Assembly: GCA_963766715.1 (NCBI GenBank)
Contig: CAVYBH010000015.1
Span: 96,001 to 160,000 of the forward strand
Direction of reading: 5' to 3'
DNA length: 64,000 nt
Source of the DNA: an uncultured delta proteobacterium
GTDB lineage: Bacteria; Myxococcota; Myxococcia; Myxococcales; Anaeromyxobacteraceae
Shown: positions 46,028-55,621 of the stretch, piece by piece
Position numbering within the stretch: position 1 is the stretch's first letter
Layout of the letters: every line of letters begins with the position of its first letter
The notes under the pieces: generated by a model
The model's input: only the letters and a program-made list of their open reading frames with translations
The model's database searches: none
What the model was told of the DNA's origin: nothing
Translations under genes and position numbers: made by a program

Positions 46028-46924
46028 GTGGCCCGCGCCATCGACCAGGCGTCGTCGTACCGCGGCGGCGTCAACCGGCGCTCGTACCCTTTCGCCGATC
46101 GCTGGTTCGGCCTCCCCGACGGTCGGATGCACTACGTCGACGAGGGGCGCGGGGACCCGATCCTCTTCGTCCACGGAACGCCCACCTGGTCGTTCGAATG
46201 GCGCCACCTGATCCGCGTGTTCCACCGGACCCACCGCTGCATCGCCCCCGATCACCTGGGCTTCGGCCTCTCCGACCGCCCTGCCGGCGCCCCGTACACG
46301 CCCGAGGCCCACGCGGCGAACTTCGCGGCCTTCGTGGAGCACCTCGGGCTCGACCGCTTCACGCTGGTGGTCCACGACTTCGGCGGTCCCATCGCCCTGC
46401 CGATCTGCCTCTCGAGCCCGGGCCGGGTGCGCCGCCTCGTGCTCGTCAACACCTGGATGTGGAGCTTCTCCGGCGACCGGGACATGGAACGCAAGGCCCG
46501 GATCGCCGGCAGCCGGCTGGGCAGGTTCCTCTACCGGCGCCTCAACTTCTCCCTGCGCGTGCTCATGCCCTCGGCCTTCGGCGACCGGAGGAAGCTCAGC
46601 CCCCGCATTCACGATCAGTACCTGGATCGGTTCCCCGATCCCGCCTCGCGCGAGCGGGTGCTCTGGCCGCTGGCCCGGTCCCTCCTCGCGTCGGGCCCCT
46701 GGTTCGACTCCCTCTGGGCGCGCCGCGATCGGCTGGCCGGCCGCCCCGCGCTCGTGCTCTGGGGGCTCGCCGACTCGGCCTTCCGTCCCGCCCAGCTGGC
46801 CCGCTGGAAGGAGGCGCTCCCGGAGGCGCGCGTGGTCGCCTACCCTCGCGCCGGCCACTGGCCTCACGAGGAGCTTCCCGCCCTCGTGGCTCGCGATCTC
46901 CACGACTGGCTCGCGGCCACCTGA
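46028..46924 (+). CDS. Alpha/beta hydrolase, haloalkane dehalogenase-like
   Basis: HGTPTWSFEWR, PDHLGFGLSD, VHDFGGP, AGHWPHEE. Confidence 0.9.
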   Translation: MARAIDQASSYRGGVNRRSYPFADRWFGLPDGRMHYVDEGRGDPILFVHGTPTWSFEWRHLIRVFHRTHRCIAPDHLGFGLSDRPAGAPYTPEAHAANFAAFVEHLGLDRFTLVVHDFGGPIALPICLSSPGRVRRLVLVNTWMWSFSGDRDMERKARIAGSRLGRFLYRRLNFSLRVLMPSAFGDRRKLSPRIHDQYLDRFPDPASRERVLWPLARSLLASGPWFDSLWARRDRLAGRPALVLWGLADSAFRPAQLARWKEALPEARVVAYPRAGHWPHEELPALVARDLHDWLAAT

Positions 46925-46965
46925 CCCCGGGCCCCGGAAATCTCCAGAAGGCGTATGCTCCCGCG

Positions 46966-47154
46966 ATGCGCGACGAGCCGGTCATCGACATGCGTCTCAC
47001 CCATCTGATGGCGCTCGACGCCAGCCTCTCCGACGTTCGCAGCGCCCTGATGCGGGCCGCGCGCATCCGCTCGGGCTTCTCTGCCGAGGTCCGTGCCCTG
47101 CTCGCGCAGGTCGACGACCTCGATCGCCGGGTGATGGCCGAGGTGATCCGGTAG
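46966..47154 (+). CDS. Small hypothetical protein (62 aa)
   Basis: MRDEPVIDMRLTHL...; helical, plausible codon usage. Confidence 0.5.
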   Translation: MRDEPVIDMRLTHLMALDASLSDVRSALMRAARIRSGFSAEVRALLAQVDDLDRRVMAEVIR

Positions 47155-47256
47155 CGCCCATCCACCTCCATGGACGCCTCACCCTGGGCGGGCGCCGACC
47201 TTGCTCCTTGGAGGGGTGAGGGCGGCGGAACTCCCCGTCTTTCCACCACCGCTCCG

Positions 47257-47272
47257 TGGCACGACGATCGCA
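47257..47272 (+). promoter_or_regulatory. Sigma-54 promoter candidate
   Basis: TGGCAC-GACGA-TCGCA, ending 32 bp before ATG 47305. Confidence 0.6.
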
Positions 47273-47304
47273 CCACCTCCCGGAGAATCTCCGAGGAGAA
47301 CGCC

Positions 47305-47472
47305 ATGAAGGACTTCCGCGTGGGTAGGCATCAGGTGCGGGTGTGGGTGCTGAACGATCGCTGGCACGTCGCGGTGGACGACGTGCAGCTTCCCGCCTGG
47401 CACGTGCGCCAGGCCGACGCGTGGGCCGCCGGCGTTCTCGAGGCCGATCGCATCGACCGGGCCGCCGCGTAG
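47305..47472 (+). CDS. Small hypothetical protein (55 aa)
   Basis: MKDFRVGRHQVRVW...; RBS GAGGAG. Confidence 0.65.
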   Translation: MKDFRVGRHQVRVWVLNDRWHVAVDDVQLPAWHVRQADAWAAGVLEADRIDRAAA

Positions 47473-47484
47473 GGAGCTGGCCGC

Positions 47485-48513
47485 TCAGGCGTCGGCGGTC
47501 GACGCCGCCGCGCGGCTGCCCGCCGCCATCACCGCCAGCGCCACCGTTCCCAGCTCGCGGACGCCGTGCAGGAAGGCGCCGGGCCCGTGGAAGGCCGCGT
47601 CGACCCGCCGGCCGACCTCGACCTCGTCGAGGGGCGCGCCTTCGAGCGAGACCTCGAGCGCGCGGATGGTCTCGGCCGGCGAGATGAAGTCCCCGCGCAG
47701 CCTCGGTCCGACGAGGGCGCGCCCGCCGAATCCGGTGAGGACCTCCAGGAATCCGATCGGAACCTCGACGGGGCCGCTTCCGGACAGGCCGACCTCGTCC
47801 TCCTCGGCGGGCGGCAGATCCGCCTCGGGCAGGTCGCCGGGGTACGGCGTGATCTCCCGGCCGCTGAGCTTGCTCCATCCCTCGGCCAGGGCGGCCACGA
47901 GCGGCTCGAACGGCACCGGTCTCCCGCTGAACTCGACGAGGGCCGCGGCGGGAGGTCCACCGGCGCGGGAGTCGGAGTGGGCCGTCCCCCGCGCCAGTTC
48001 CGACGGGAGCGAGAGCGGCCTCTCCACCGCGATGAAGGCCTCGAAAGCCAGCGCGCCCGCCGCCGTCGCCTCCTGCGAGACCACGGCGACCTGCCGCTTG
48101 TCGGCCGACACGAAGTCCCGTCCGAAGTACGCCGCCCGCTCTGCCCCCAGGCTCCGGAGCGCGGACAGGAGGCCGCGCACGTAGCGGTTGGAGATCCGGT
48201 CCGCCGGGAAGGCCGGTGCCACGAGCACCTCGCCCGGCGGCGTGTACAGGAAGGCGGCCACCGTGCCCTCGGCCGCGAGCAGGCTCCGCCCACCGCCGGC
48301 GCGACGCAGGAGCGGCAAGCCCCTCGACCGGACGCCTGCCGCGTCGACGACCGATCGCGCCCGCTGGTGGCGGCCCACCAGCACCGCTGGCCGCGCGAAG
48401 CTCGCCACCAGGAGCACCGGGCCTGGCGCCCCGTGCGCGAGCAGCCCGGCCTCGACGCGAAGGAAGCGGGCGGGATCGCTCCCGGGGAGGAGCGCCAGGT
48501 GGAGAAGGGGCAT
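47485..48513 (-). CDS. Divergent lipoate-protein ligase-like protein
   Basis: PAVLVGRHQ, LLRRAGGGRS, C-terminal LRGDFI. Confidence 0.75.
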   Translation of the reverse strand: MPLLHLALLPGSDPARFLRVEAGLLAHGAPGPVLLVASFARPAVLVGRHQRARSVVDAAGVRSRGLPLLRRAGGGRSLLAAEGTVAAFLYTPPGEVLVAPAFPADRISNRYVRGLLSALRSLGAERAAYFGRDFVSADKRQVAVVSQEATAAGALAFEAFIAVERPLSLPSELARGTAHSDSRAGGPPAAALVEFSGRPVPFEPLVAALAEGWSKLSGREITPYPGDLPEADLPPAEEDEVGLSGSGPVEVPIGFLEVLTGFGGRALVGPRLRGDFISPAETIRALEVSLEGAPLDEVEVGRRVDAAFHGPGAFLHGVRELGTVALAVMAAGSRAAASTADA

Positions 48514-48624
48514 GTCTTCTATCTACCGGACGCAGGCCGCCCGGCGCCGGGTTTCGCCACCCGGACATGCGGACCGATGGTTCGCCGTGCACCCGGCGCC
48601 CCCCGCCAGTAACGATCCGGCGCC

Positions 48625-49857
48625 ATGCGCTGGGGTTCCTCCCTCTCCCGGAAACCGGACGCGGCGGCCGCCCTCTCGGAGGCCGCGACCGCGCTGGAAG
48701 GGCAGCTCGACGGGGAATCACCCGACCTGCTGCTCTGCTTCGCCTCCCCGCACCACGTCCAGGACCTCGACGCGCTCTCCCGCATGGCCGCGCGCCGCTT
48801 CCCGGACGCGCTCGTGGTCGGCTGCACCGGGCGCGGCGTCATCGGCGGCGGGCACGAGGCCGAGGACGGTCCGGCGCTCTCCCTCACCGGCGCCCACCTG
48901 CCCGGCGTCGAGTGCTCCGCCGTTCACGTGGAGATGACCGCGCTCCCCGGCCCCGACGCGCAGGCAGGCGCCTGGCGGTCGCTCACCGGCGCGTCGCCCG
49001 GGACGAAGCCCAGCTTCCTCGTCCTCGCCGATCCCTTCACTCTCGACTCCCACGCGCTCATCCGGGGACTCGACCTCGCCTATCCGCGGGCGCCCAAGTT
49101 CGGCGGCCTGGCCAGCGGGGGCGAGGCGCCCGGCGAGCACCGGCTGCTGCTCGGCACCGAGCTCCACCGCAGCGGCGCGGTCGTGGTGGCCTTCGCCGGC
49201 GACGTCGAGGTGGAGACCGTCATCGCGCAGGGCTGCCGCCCCATCGGCCAGCCCATGCTCGTCACGCGCTGCAAGGGCGGACTGCTCCAGGAGCTCGACC
49301 GCGGCGCCCCCCTCAAGGTGCTGGGCGAGATCTACGAGTCGCTCGGCCCGCGGGATCGCGAGCTGATGCGCGACTCCCTCTTCCTCGGCCTCGACATGCG
49401 GGAGGAGCGGGTCGAGTACGATCCGGGCGAGCTGCTGGTTCGCAACATCGTGGGGGCCGATCAGGAGACCGGCGCGCTGGCCGTGGGCGAGGTGCTCCAC
49501 CCGGTGCAGGCGGTCCAGTTCGTGCTCCGCGACGCCCACGCCGCGGAGGAGGACCTGCGGCGCCTGCTCGACGGGCGGGCCCGCAGCGGCCGCGAGCCTC
49601 CCGCGGGCGCGCTGCTCTTCTCCTGTACCGGGCGCGGCTCCGGGCTCTTCGGGGCGGCGGACCACGACACCGCGCTCTTCGAGGAGAAGCTCGGCCCGGC
49701 CGCGCTGGGCGGCTTCTTCTGCAACGGGGAGATCGGGCCGGTGGGCGGGACCACCTTCCTGCACGGCTACACGAGCGCCTTCGCCCTCTTCCGGCGGCGC
49801 CCGATCAGGCTCCAGCCCGGCCTGGCTGGACTTCCCGACCCCCTGCGCCCTCGATGA
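48625..49857 (+). CDS. Stand-alone FIST (FIST_N + FIST_C) protein
   Basis: VGCTGRGVIG, FGGLASG, AQGCRPIG, LLFSCTGRG, GFFCNGEIG. Confidence 0.92.
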   Translation: MRWGSSLSRKPDAAAALSEAATALEGQLDGESPDLLLCFASPHHVQDLDALSRMAARRFPDALVVGCTGRGVIGGGHEAEDGPALSLTGAHLPGVECSAVHVEMTALPGPDAQAGAWRSLTGASPGTKPSFLVLADPFTLDSHALIRGLDLAYPRAPKFGGLASGGEAPGEHRLLLGTELHRSGAVVVAFAGDVEVETVIAQGCRPIGQPMLVTRCKGGLLQELDRGAPLKVLGEIYESLGPRDRELMRDSLFLGLDMREERVEYDPGELLVRNIVGADQETGALAVGEVLHPVQAVQFVLRDAHAAEEDLRRLLDGRARSGREPPAGALLFSCTGRGSGLFGAADHDTALFEEKLGPAALGGFFCNGEIGPVGGTTFLHGYTSAFALFRRRPIRLQPGLAGLPDPLRPR

Positions 49858-50293
49858 GCGCGCGGTGGCGCGCATCCTGCGCCGCCAGCGCCGAGAAGAG
49901 CTTGGCCACCTCGGGGTCGGCGCTGCGGGCCAGCTGCTCGGCGTGGATGGAGCCGAAACGCCGCTCCAGCTCGACGACGCGCCGGAGGACCTCTCCCGGC
50001 TCGGCGACCTTTCCCGGCCGGGTGAAGTCGGCCTTCATCGACTCGACCTCGACCGCCATGCCCTCCAGGCTCTCCGCAATCCGTCCCATGGCCTCGGCGG
50101 CCCAGGGCGTCCTGCCCTGGTGGCGGGACAGGAGCTGGACGCGGTGGGCGTGCTGCTCCTCCTCCTCGGACAGCTGCGCGAAGAGCTGGCGCAGGTGCGG
50201 CCGCCCGGCGAAGCTCTCCGCCAGGCCGGCGTAGAGCTCCTGGGCGAGCGTCTCGATCCGCGCCGCGCTCTGGAAGCACTCGTAGGTGGTCAT
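49805..50293 (-). CDS. Ferritin-like/rubrerythrin-domain protein
   Basis: IETLAQELY, EEEEQH, ELERRF, QDARH; ATG overlaps the DGC stop. Confidence 0.7.
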   Translation of the reverse strand: MTTYECFQSAARIETLAQELYAGLAESFAGRPHLRQLFAQLSEEEEQHAHRVQLLSRHQGRTPWAAEAMGRIAESLEGMAVEVESMKADFTRPGKVAEPGEVLRRVVELERRFGSIHAEQLARSADPEVAKLFSALAAQDARHRALIEGAGGREVQPGRAGA

Positions 50294-52953
50294 CGCCGCA
50301 CGCCTTCCCGCCGGGAAGCCCCGTCCGATTCCGACGCGCCGGCCTTGCCGAGGAACTGCCCGAGCCCCACGTCGTGGGCGAGGATGTGGTAGCGGAACCA
50401 CTCGGGCAGGCGGCCGGTGGCCCATCGGCGGAAGGCCGGGCCGATGCCCTCCCTCTCCAGCTCGGCCTGGAACCGGCGGGCATCCTCCAGGAAGAGGGCG
50501 TGGGCCTCCTCGTGGCGGGCGCGGAGCGGATAGTCGTGCAGGGCCATCAGCCGGTCCTCGCGTGCGAAGTGGTCCGCCACCCCCGCGACCAGGCCGGCCA
50601 GCGCGGGGCGGACCTCCGCGACGTCTCCGCTCTCGACCCGCGCGACCAGGTCCACCAGGTCCTCGCTCAGGGCGCGATGCTCGGCGTCCATCGGCGCGAA
50701 GCCCGTCTCGTTGAAGAGCTCCTTGCCGCCCACGGTGGGGATTCCCCTGGCGCTCGAGCGTGCGACGCTGGCCGTGGCCTGGGCGAGATCGACCCAGGCC
50801 TCTGCGCACAGCACGCGGTTGCGTCCGGACTCCTTGGCCCGGTAGAGCGCCAGGTCGGCGCGGTCGACCATGGCCTCCACCGTGTCGTCGGGGCGCATCT
50901 CGGTGACGCCGAAGCTGGCGGTGACGGCGCCGGTCGGCCCGAGATGGGTGACCTCCATGAGCCCGCGGATCTTCTCGGCGAGCTGGGCGGCGCCGGCCGC
51001 GTCGGTCATGGGCGCGAGGATGGCGAACTCCTCCCCGCCCCAGCGAGCCGCCGAGTCGGAGTCGCGGATGTTGGACTCCAGGAGGCGCGCGGCGCCCGCG
51101 AGCACCCGGTCACCGGCCGGGTGGCCGTGCTGGTCGTTCACCTGCTTGAAGCGATCGAGGTCCACGAGCACGATCGAGAGCGGCTGCCGGTAGCGCCGGG
51201 CCCGGGAGAACTCCCGGGAGAAGGCCTCGTTGAAGCCGAGCCGGTTCAGGATGCCGGTGAGCGCGTCGGTGTCGGCGCGCCGCGCCATCTCCCGCGCCCG
51301 CCCCTCGGCCTCCCGGTGCTTGTCCACGAGCCGGGACTCGGCGCCGTACTGCCGCTCGAGCACGACGAAGAAGAAGACGATGACCACGCTGAGGAGGAAG
51401 GTGATCACGATCCCGAGCAGCCGGTTCACGGCCTGCTCCGACTGCCGCTTCAGCGTGACCACGGACCATTCCGACCCGGGGACCGACCGCCGCACCGCGA
51501 CGTGGCGCTCCCCCTCGAGCGTGACCCAGTCGGTGCCGGCGACGGCGTGGTCGAGCACCGGCGCCGGGCCGGGGGCGACGGCCGGCTCGCTCCCCGGTGC
51601 CTGGACCGCCCAGAGCGGACGTCCCTCGAAGCGAAGGGAGCCGGCCAGCAGCACGCGGCCGTCGGCGGCCGCGATGAAGGAGAGGTCGGTCCCCTTCGGT
51701 CCGAACGACTCCGCGTCCAGGTTCTTCTTCACCACCGCCACGCCGGTCACCTTCCCGTCGGGGCCCCGGATCGGCTGGCTCGCGTAGAAGCCGGGGACCC
51801 GGGTGGTGAGCCCGGCCCCGACGAGACGGCCAGGGAAACCCGCGGCGGCGTCCTGGAAGTAGCCGCGCATCGAGTAGTTCCTGCCGACGAAGCTGTCGGG
51901 GTCGCTGCGGTTCGACGCCGCCACCGTGACGCCGGCCATGTCGAGGAGATAGGCCGTGCGGTCGGAACGCCCTCCCGCGACCACGTCGACCGCCTCGTCC
52001 CGCTCGGCCTGCAGCGTCCCCGCGGCAGCCAGGGAGGCCGGGAAGCGGGAGGCGATCTCCGCCAGGACGCGAACCGCGTCGTCGGCGGTCTCCATCTCCA
52101 TGAGGAGGTGGTCCTGGATCTGCGCGGAGACCGACTCGGCGTCCGCGGCCAGGTCCGCCTCGTGGAGCCGCCCGAGACGCTCCGTGAATCCCCATCCCAG
52201 CGCGAGGACGGCCAGGATGGCCACGGCCATGAACTGGAACGATCGGGAACGCTTGCGGCGCAGCCGCGCCCGCTCGTCGACCGAGACCGCGTAGCCCCAG
52301 ATCGACAGCGCGGCGGCGCCGACGAGGGCCGCCCGCACGAGGTCGACGGGCACCCCGGCGCCTCCCAGGAAGGACGCCGCCGTCGGCCAGGCAGCGGGGA
52401 GGAAGGGAACGGCCTGCCCGACCACGCAGGCGGCGATGCCGTACGCCCCCAGGCTGCCCGCCGCCCAGGCCAGCGCCCGTGCCGAGGCGGGCGCCTGTCC
52501 GGCGGCCGTCGACGCCGAGGCCAGCAGGAAGGCCGTCCACAGGATGGCGGGGACGGCCACCACCAGCCGGATCGCGGCGCCGGCGCTCCCGGCTCCCCCG
52601 ATGGCCACGAGCGCGGCGACGGCGGCCCCCAGCGCGGCGTGGATCCAGGGGCCGGGGCCGCTGCCCCGCACCGCCCTCCGGGTCCGGCGGGCGAACTCGA
52701 GGAGGAGGACGTAGGCGGCGGCATGGAGCACCGTCCGTGCGAGCCGCAGGGCGGTCGGGTCGCCCGCCTCCAGGCCCAGGAGCGCCAGCCATTCCACGAC
52801 ACCGTGCGTGAAGGCGAAGGCGGCGAGCAGGCCCCACGGCGCCGGGAGCGGCCCCTCCGTCTTGAGGGACAGGCTGACGGCCCCGAGCAGCACGAGCGCG
52901 AGCCCGTAGACGAAGTAGACGTAGTCCAGCTGGGCCGTGAGGAACGCCGCCAT
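50290..52953 (-). CDS. Membrane diguanylate cyclase: multi-TM sensor, Cache-like domain, GGDEF, C-terminal hemerythrin
   Basis: DALTGILNR, DLDRFKQVND, RDSD I-site, RWGGEEF; DAEH, HFARED, HEEAH, HILAHD iron ligands. Confidence 0.92.
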   Translation of the reverse strand: MAAFLTAQLDYVYFVYGLALVLLGAVSLSLKTEGPLPAPWGLLAAFAFTHGVVEWLALLGLEAGDPTALRLARTVLHAAAYVLLLEFARRTRRAVRGSGPGPWIHAALGAAVAALVAIGGAGSAGAAIRLVVAVPAILWTAFLLASASTAAGQAPASARALAWAAGSLGAYGIAACVVGQAVPFLPAAWPTAASFLGGAGVPVDLVRAALVGAAALSIWGYAVSVDERARLRRKRSRSFQFMAVAILAVLALGWGFTERLGRLHEADLAADAESVSAQIQDHLLMEMETADDAVRVLAEIASRFPASLAAAGTLQAERDEAVDVVAGGRSDRTAYLLDMAGVTVAASNRSDPDSFVGRNYSMRGYFQDAAAGFPGRLVGAGLTTRVPGFYASQPIRGPDGKVTGVAVVKKNLDAESFGPKGTDLSFIAAADGRVLLAGSLRFEGRPLWAVQAPGSEPAVAPGPAPVLDHAVAGTDWVTLEGERHVAVRRSVPGSEWSVVTLKRQSEQAVNRLLGIVITFLLSVVIVFFFVVLERQYGAESRLVDKHREAEGRAREMARRADTDALTGILNRLGFNEAFSREFSRARRYRQPLSIVLVDLDRFKQVNDQHGHPAGDRVLAGAARLLESNIRDSDSAARWGGEEFAILAPMTDAAGAAQLAEKIRGLMEVTHLGPTGAVTASFGVTEMRPDDTVEAMVDRADLALYRAKESGRNRVLCAEAWVDLAQATASVARSSARGIPTVGGKELFNETGFAPMDAEHRALSEDLVDLVARVESGDVAEVRPALAGLVAGVADHFAREDRLMALHDYPLRARHEEAHALFLEDARRFQAELEREGIGPAFRRWATGRLPEWFRYHILAHDVGLGQFLGKAGASESDGASRREGVRR

Positions 52954-52970
52954 TGGAGGAGTCTCAGATC

Positions 52971-52986
52971 GCAACCCTCGTGCCAG
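52971..52986 (-). promoter_or_regulatory. Sigma-54 promoter of the DGC operon
   Basis: CTGGCAC-GAGGG-TTGC, consensus match. Confidence 0.75.
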
Positions 52987-53152
52987 CCGGGCCCCGCGGA
53001 TGCCCCGGGATTCACTCTGGGAAATTCACGGGATCGCCCTCCGGGCGCGCCTCGCGGGTCCCCCTGGACCCGGACCGGCGACCCAGGAGCCCTCGCGCCC
53101 CACCCACACCGGTCCATGACATCACCCATCGGTGACATGCGCCGATGCGGCC

Positions 53153-53266
53153 ATGGTCGCCATGTTCATCTTCACGGGTGGTGCAGTGGTGCTCCTGCTG
53201 GGATCGCTGGTGGCCGCGGAGGTGCGCGACCTGGCCCGCGCCCGGCGGAAGCCGCGAAGGACGTAG
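53153..53266 (+). CDS. Possible 37-aa single-TM small protein
   Basis: MVAMFIFTGGAVVLLLGSLVAAEVRDLARARRKPRRT*; no clear RBS. Confidence 0.4.
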   Translation: MVAMFIFTGGAVVLLLGSLVAAEVRDLARARRKPRRT

Positions 53267-53292
53267 GGCGGGCCGGCCGCGGACGGCGCGGT

Positions 53293-54180
53293 ATGTTCGC
53301 GCCGGTGCGCCGCCACCCCAGCCTCCTCCTCTCGGGAGCCGCCCTCCTCTGGGCGGGAAACTTCGTGCTCGGACGCGCGATGCGGGGGCACGTGCCGCCG
53401 GTCGGCCTCGCGTTCTGGCGCTGGACGCTGGCGCTCCTGGTCCTCCTCGTCCTGTACGGCCGCCGCCTGGCCGCCCAGCGAGGGCCGCTCCTCGCCGGCT
53501 GGAAGGTGGTCGTGCTCCTCGGCGTCCTCGGCGTCGGGAACTTCAACCTCTTCCTCTACATGGGGCTCCAGCACACGACCGCGACGAACGCGCTCCTCCT
53601 CAACGCGGCCGGGCCGGCCTTCATCGTCGCCCTCTCCGTCCTGGCCGGGCTGGGGCGGCCGACCGGGCGGCTGCTCCTCGCGGTCGCCCTCTCCCTCGCC
53701 GGCGTCGTGGTGATCCTCTCGCAGGGGCGCCTCTCCACCCTGCTCGAGCTGCGGCTCAACCCGGGCGACCTCTGGGTCCTCGCCGCGGTGCTCTCCTGGT
53801 CGATCTACACCGTGCTGCTGGGCCGCCGGCCGCGCGGCGTGGAGCCGATGGTCTTCCTCACCGCGCTGGTCATCGTCGGCACCGCCTGGATCGCGCCCTT
53901 CTACGCCTGGGAGATCGCCCGGGGACTTCGCGTGGTCCCGGATCTCGCCACCGCCGGCAGCATCCTGTACGTGGGCGTCTTCGCCTCGCTCGTCGCCTAC
54001 GCCTTCTGGAACGCAGGGGTCGGCCAGGCGGGCGCCGCCCGAGCCGGGGTCTTCATGAACCTCATGCCGGCCTTCGGGACGCTGCTGGCGGTGGCCCTGC
54101 TCGGGGAGCCCTTCCGGCTCTTCCAGGCGGCCGGGATCGCGCTCATCGCGGCGGGCGTGTCGCTCGGGCAGATCCGCTGA
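53293..54180 (+). CDS. DMT/EamA-family transporter
   Basis: LLWAGNFVLGR, GLQHTTATNA, NPGDLW, FMNLMPAFG. Confidence 0.92.
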   Translation: MFAPVRRHPSLLLSGAALLWAGNFVLGRAMRGHVPPVGLAFWRWTLALLVLLVLYGRRLAAQRGPLLAGWKVVVLLGVLGVGNFNLFLYMGLQHTTATNALLLNAAGPAFIVALSVLAGLGRPTGRLLLAVALSLAGVVVILSQGRLSTLLELRLNPGDLWVLAAVLSWSIYTVLLGRRPRGVEPMVFLTALVIVGTAWIAPFYAWEIARGLRVVPDLATAGSILYVGVFASLVAYAFWNAGVGQAGAARAGVFMNLMPAFGTLLAVALLGEPFRLFQAAGIALIAAGVSLGQIR

Positions 54181-54899
54181 GGCGCTGCCGCACGCCTGAG
54201 ACCGAGGTAGGCCTCGCGCACCCGTTCGTTCGCGAGCAGCTCCGCGCCCGTCCCGGAGAGCACCACCTTCCCCGACTCGAGCACGTAGCCGCGGTGGGCG
54301 ATGGCCAGCGCGTGCTCGGTGTTCTGCTCGACGAGCAGCACCGTGGTCCCGGCGCGGTTGATCTCCACCACGACGCGGAACATCTCCTCCACCATGATCG
54401 GCGCGAGTCCCAGCGAGGGTTCGTCGAGCATGAGGATGCGCGGACCCGCCATGAGTCCGCGGCCGATGGCGACCATCTGCTGCTCGCCCCCCGAGAGCGT
54501 CCCGGCCACCTGCCACTCCCGCTCTTGCAGCCGCGGGAAGATCCCGTAGACCCGTGCGAGCCGTTCGGCCTGCAGGGGTCGCGATGCCGGGCGAAAGGCC
54601 CCCAGGAGCAGGTTGTCCCGCACCGTCATCTCCGGGAAGAGCTTGCGCCCCTGCGGCACCTGCACCACGCCCCGGTCGACGATCTCCATCGTGCTGCACG
54701 ACTGCAGCTCGTCGTCCCCGAGCACCACCCGGCCGGCGGACGGCCGGAGCAGGCCGGAGATGGTCTTCAGCGTCGTGGTCTTCCCGGCGCCGTTGCCCCC
54801 CACCAGCGCCACGATCTCCCCTTCCCGGACGGCGAAGGAGACGCCCCAGAGGGCGGGAACCTGGCCGTAGGCGACGCGGATGTCCTCCACGCGGAGCAC
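53997..54899 (-). CDS. livF: Branched-chain amino acid-type ABC ATPase (conserved part ends ~54195)
   Basis: GGNGAGKTT, LSGGEQQM, LDEPSLGLAP, VREAYLG. Confidence 0.9.
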   Translation of the reverse strand: MLRVEDIRVAYGQVPALWGVSFAVREGEIVALVGGNGAGKTTTLKTISGLLRPSAGRVVLGDDELQSCSTMEIVDRGVVQVPQGRKLFPEMTVRDNLLLGAFRPASRPLQAERLARVYGIFPRLQEREWQVAGTLSGGEQQMVAIGRGLMAGPRILMLDEPSLGLAPIMVEEMFRVVVEINRAGTTVLLVEQNTEHALAIAHRGYVLESGKVVLSGTGAELLANERVREAYLGLRRAAAPQRICPSDTPAAMSAIPAAWKSRKGSPSRATASSVPKAGMRFMKTPARAAPAWPTPAFQKA

Positions 54900-54901
54900 G
54901 C

Positions 54902-55621
54902 TCAGGCCGCCTTCTTCCCGAAGTAGGCCGCGATCACCGCCGGATCCTGGACGACCGCGGCGGGCTCGCCTTCGGCGATCTTCTCCCCGTGGTGCATCAC
55001 CAGGACGCGATCGGAGATCCGCATGATGGCCTTCATCACGTGCTCCACCAGCACGACCGTGACGCCCCCGAGCCGGATTCCCTCGACGAGGTCGCTCGCC
55101 ACGTCGACCTCGGAGGCGTTGAGCCCACCCATGGGCTCGTCCAGGAGCAGCACGTGCGGCTCGGTGGCCAGCGCCTTCGCCATCTCCAGCCGCTTCTGGT
55201 CCATGAGGGTGAGCTGCCCGGCGAGCGTCGCCGCGCGATGGGAGAGCCCCAGCCGGCCCACCACCGCCATGGCCGCCTCCTCTGCGTCGGACCGGCGGGT
55301 GTGGCGGAGGAAGGCGGCGAGCGTGACGTTCTCCCGCACCGAGAGCCCGGGGAAGGGTTTCACGATCTGGAAGGTCCGGGCGATGCCCAGCCGGGTGACC
55401 CGATGCGGCTTCTTGCCGGCCACGCTCCGGCCGTCGAGCCGGATCTGGCCGCTGGAGGGGCGCACGAAGCCGGTGATGAGGTTGAAGACCGTGGTCTTCC
55501 CGGCACCGTTGGGACCGATGAGCCCGAGGATCTCCCCCTGCTCCACCGAGAAGGAAAGGTTGCCGACCGCCCTCAGGCCGCCGAAGAGCCGCGTCAGGCC
55601 CTCAACCTCCAGGAGCGCCAT
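54902..55621 (-). CDS. livG: Branched-chain amino acid-type ABC ATPase
   Basis: GPNGAGKTT, GIARTFQ, LVEHVM. Confidence 0.92.
   Translation of the reverse strand: MALLEVEGLTRLFGGLRAVGNLSFSVEQGEILGLIGPNGAGKTTVFNLITGFVRPSSGQIRLDGRSVAGKKPHRVTRLGIARTFQIVKPFPGLSVRENVTLAAFLRHTRRSDAEEAAMAVVGRLGLSHRAATLAGQLTLMDQKRLEMAKALATEPHVLLLDEPMGGLNASEVDVASDLVEGIRLGGVTVVLVEHVMKAIMRISDRVLVMHHGEKIAEGEPAAVVQDPAVIAAYFGKKAA

Noticed and set aside
53997..54180. 184-bp antisense overlap of livF with the DMT gene
   Set aside because: LivF homology ends near 54195; the tail is probably stop-poor read-through or an indel.
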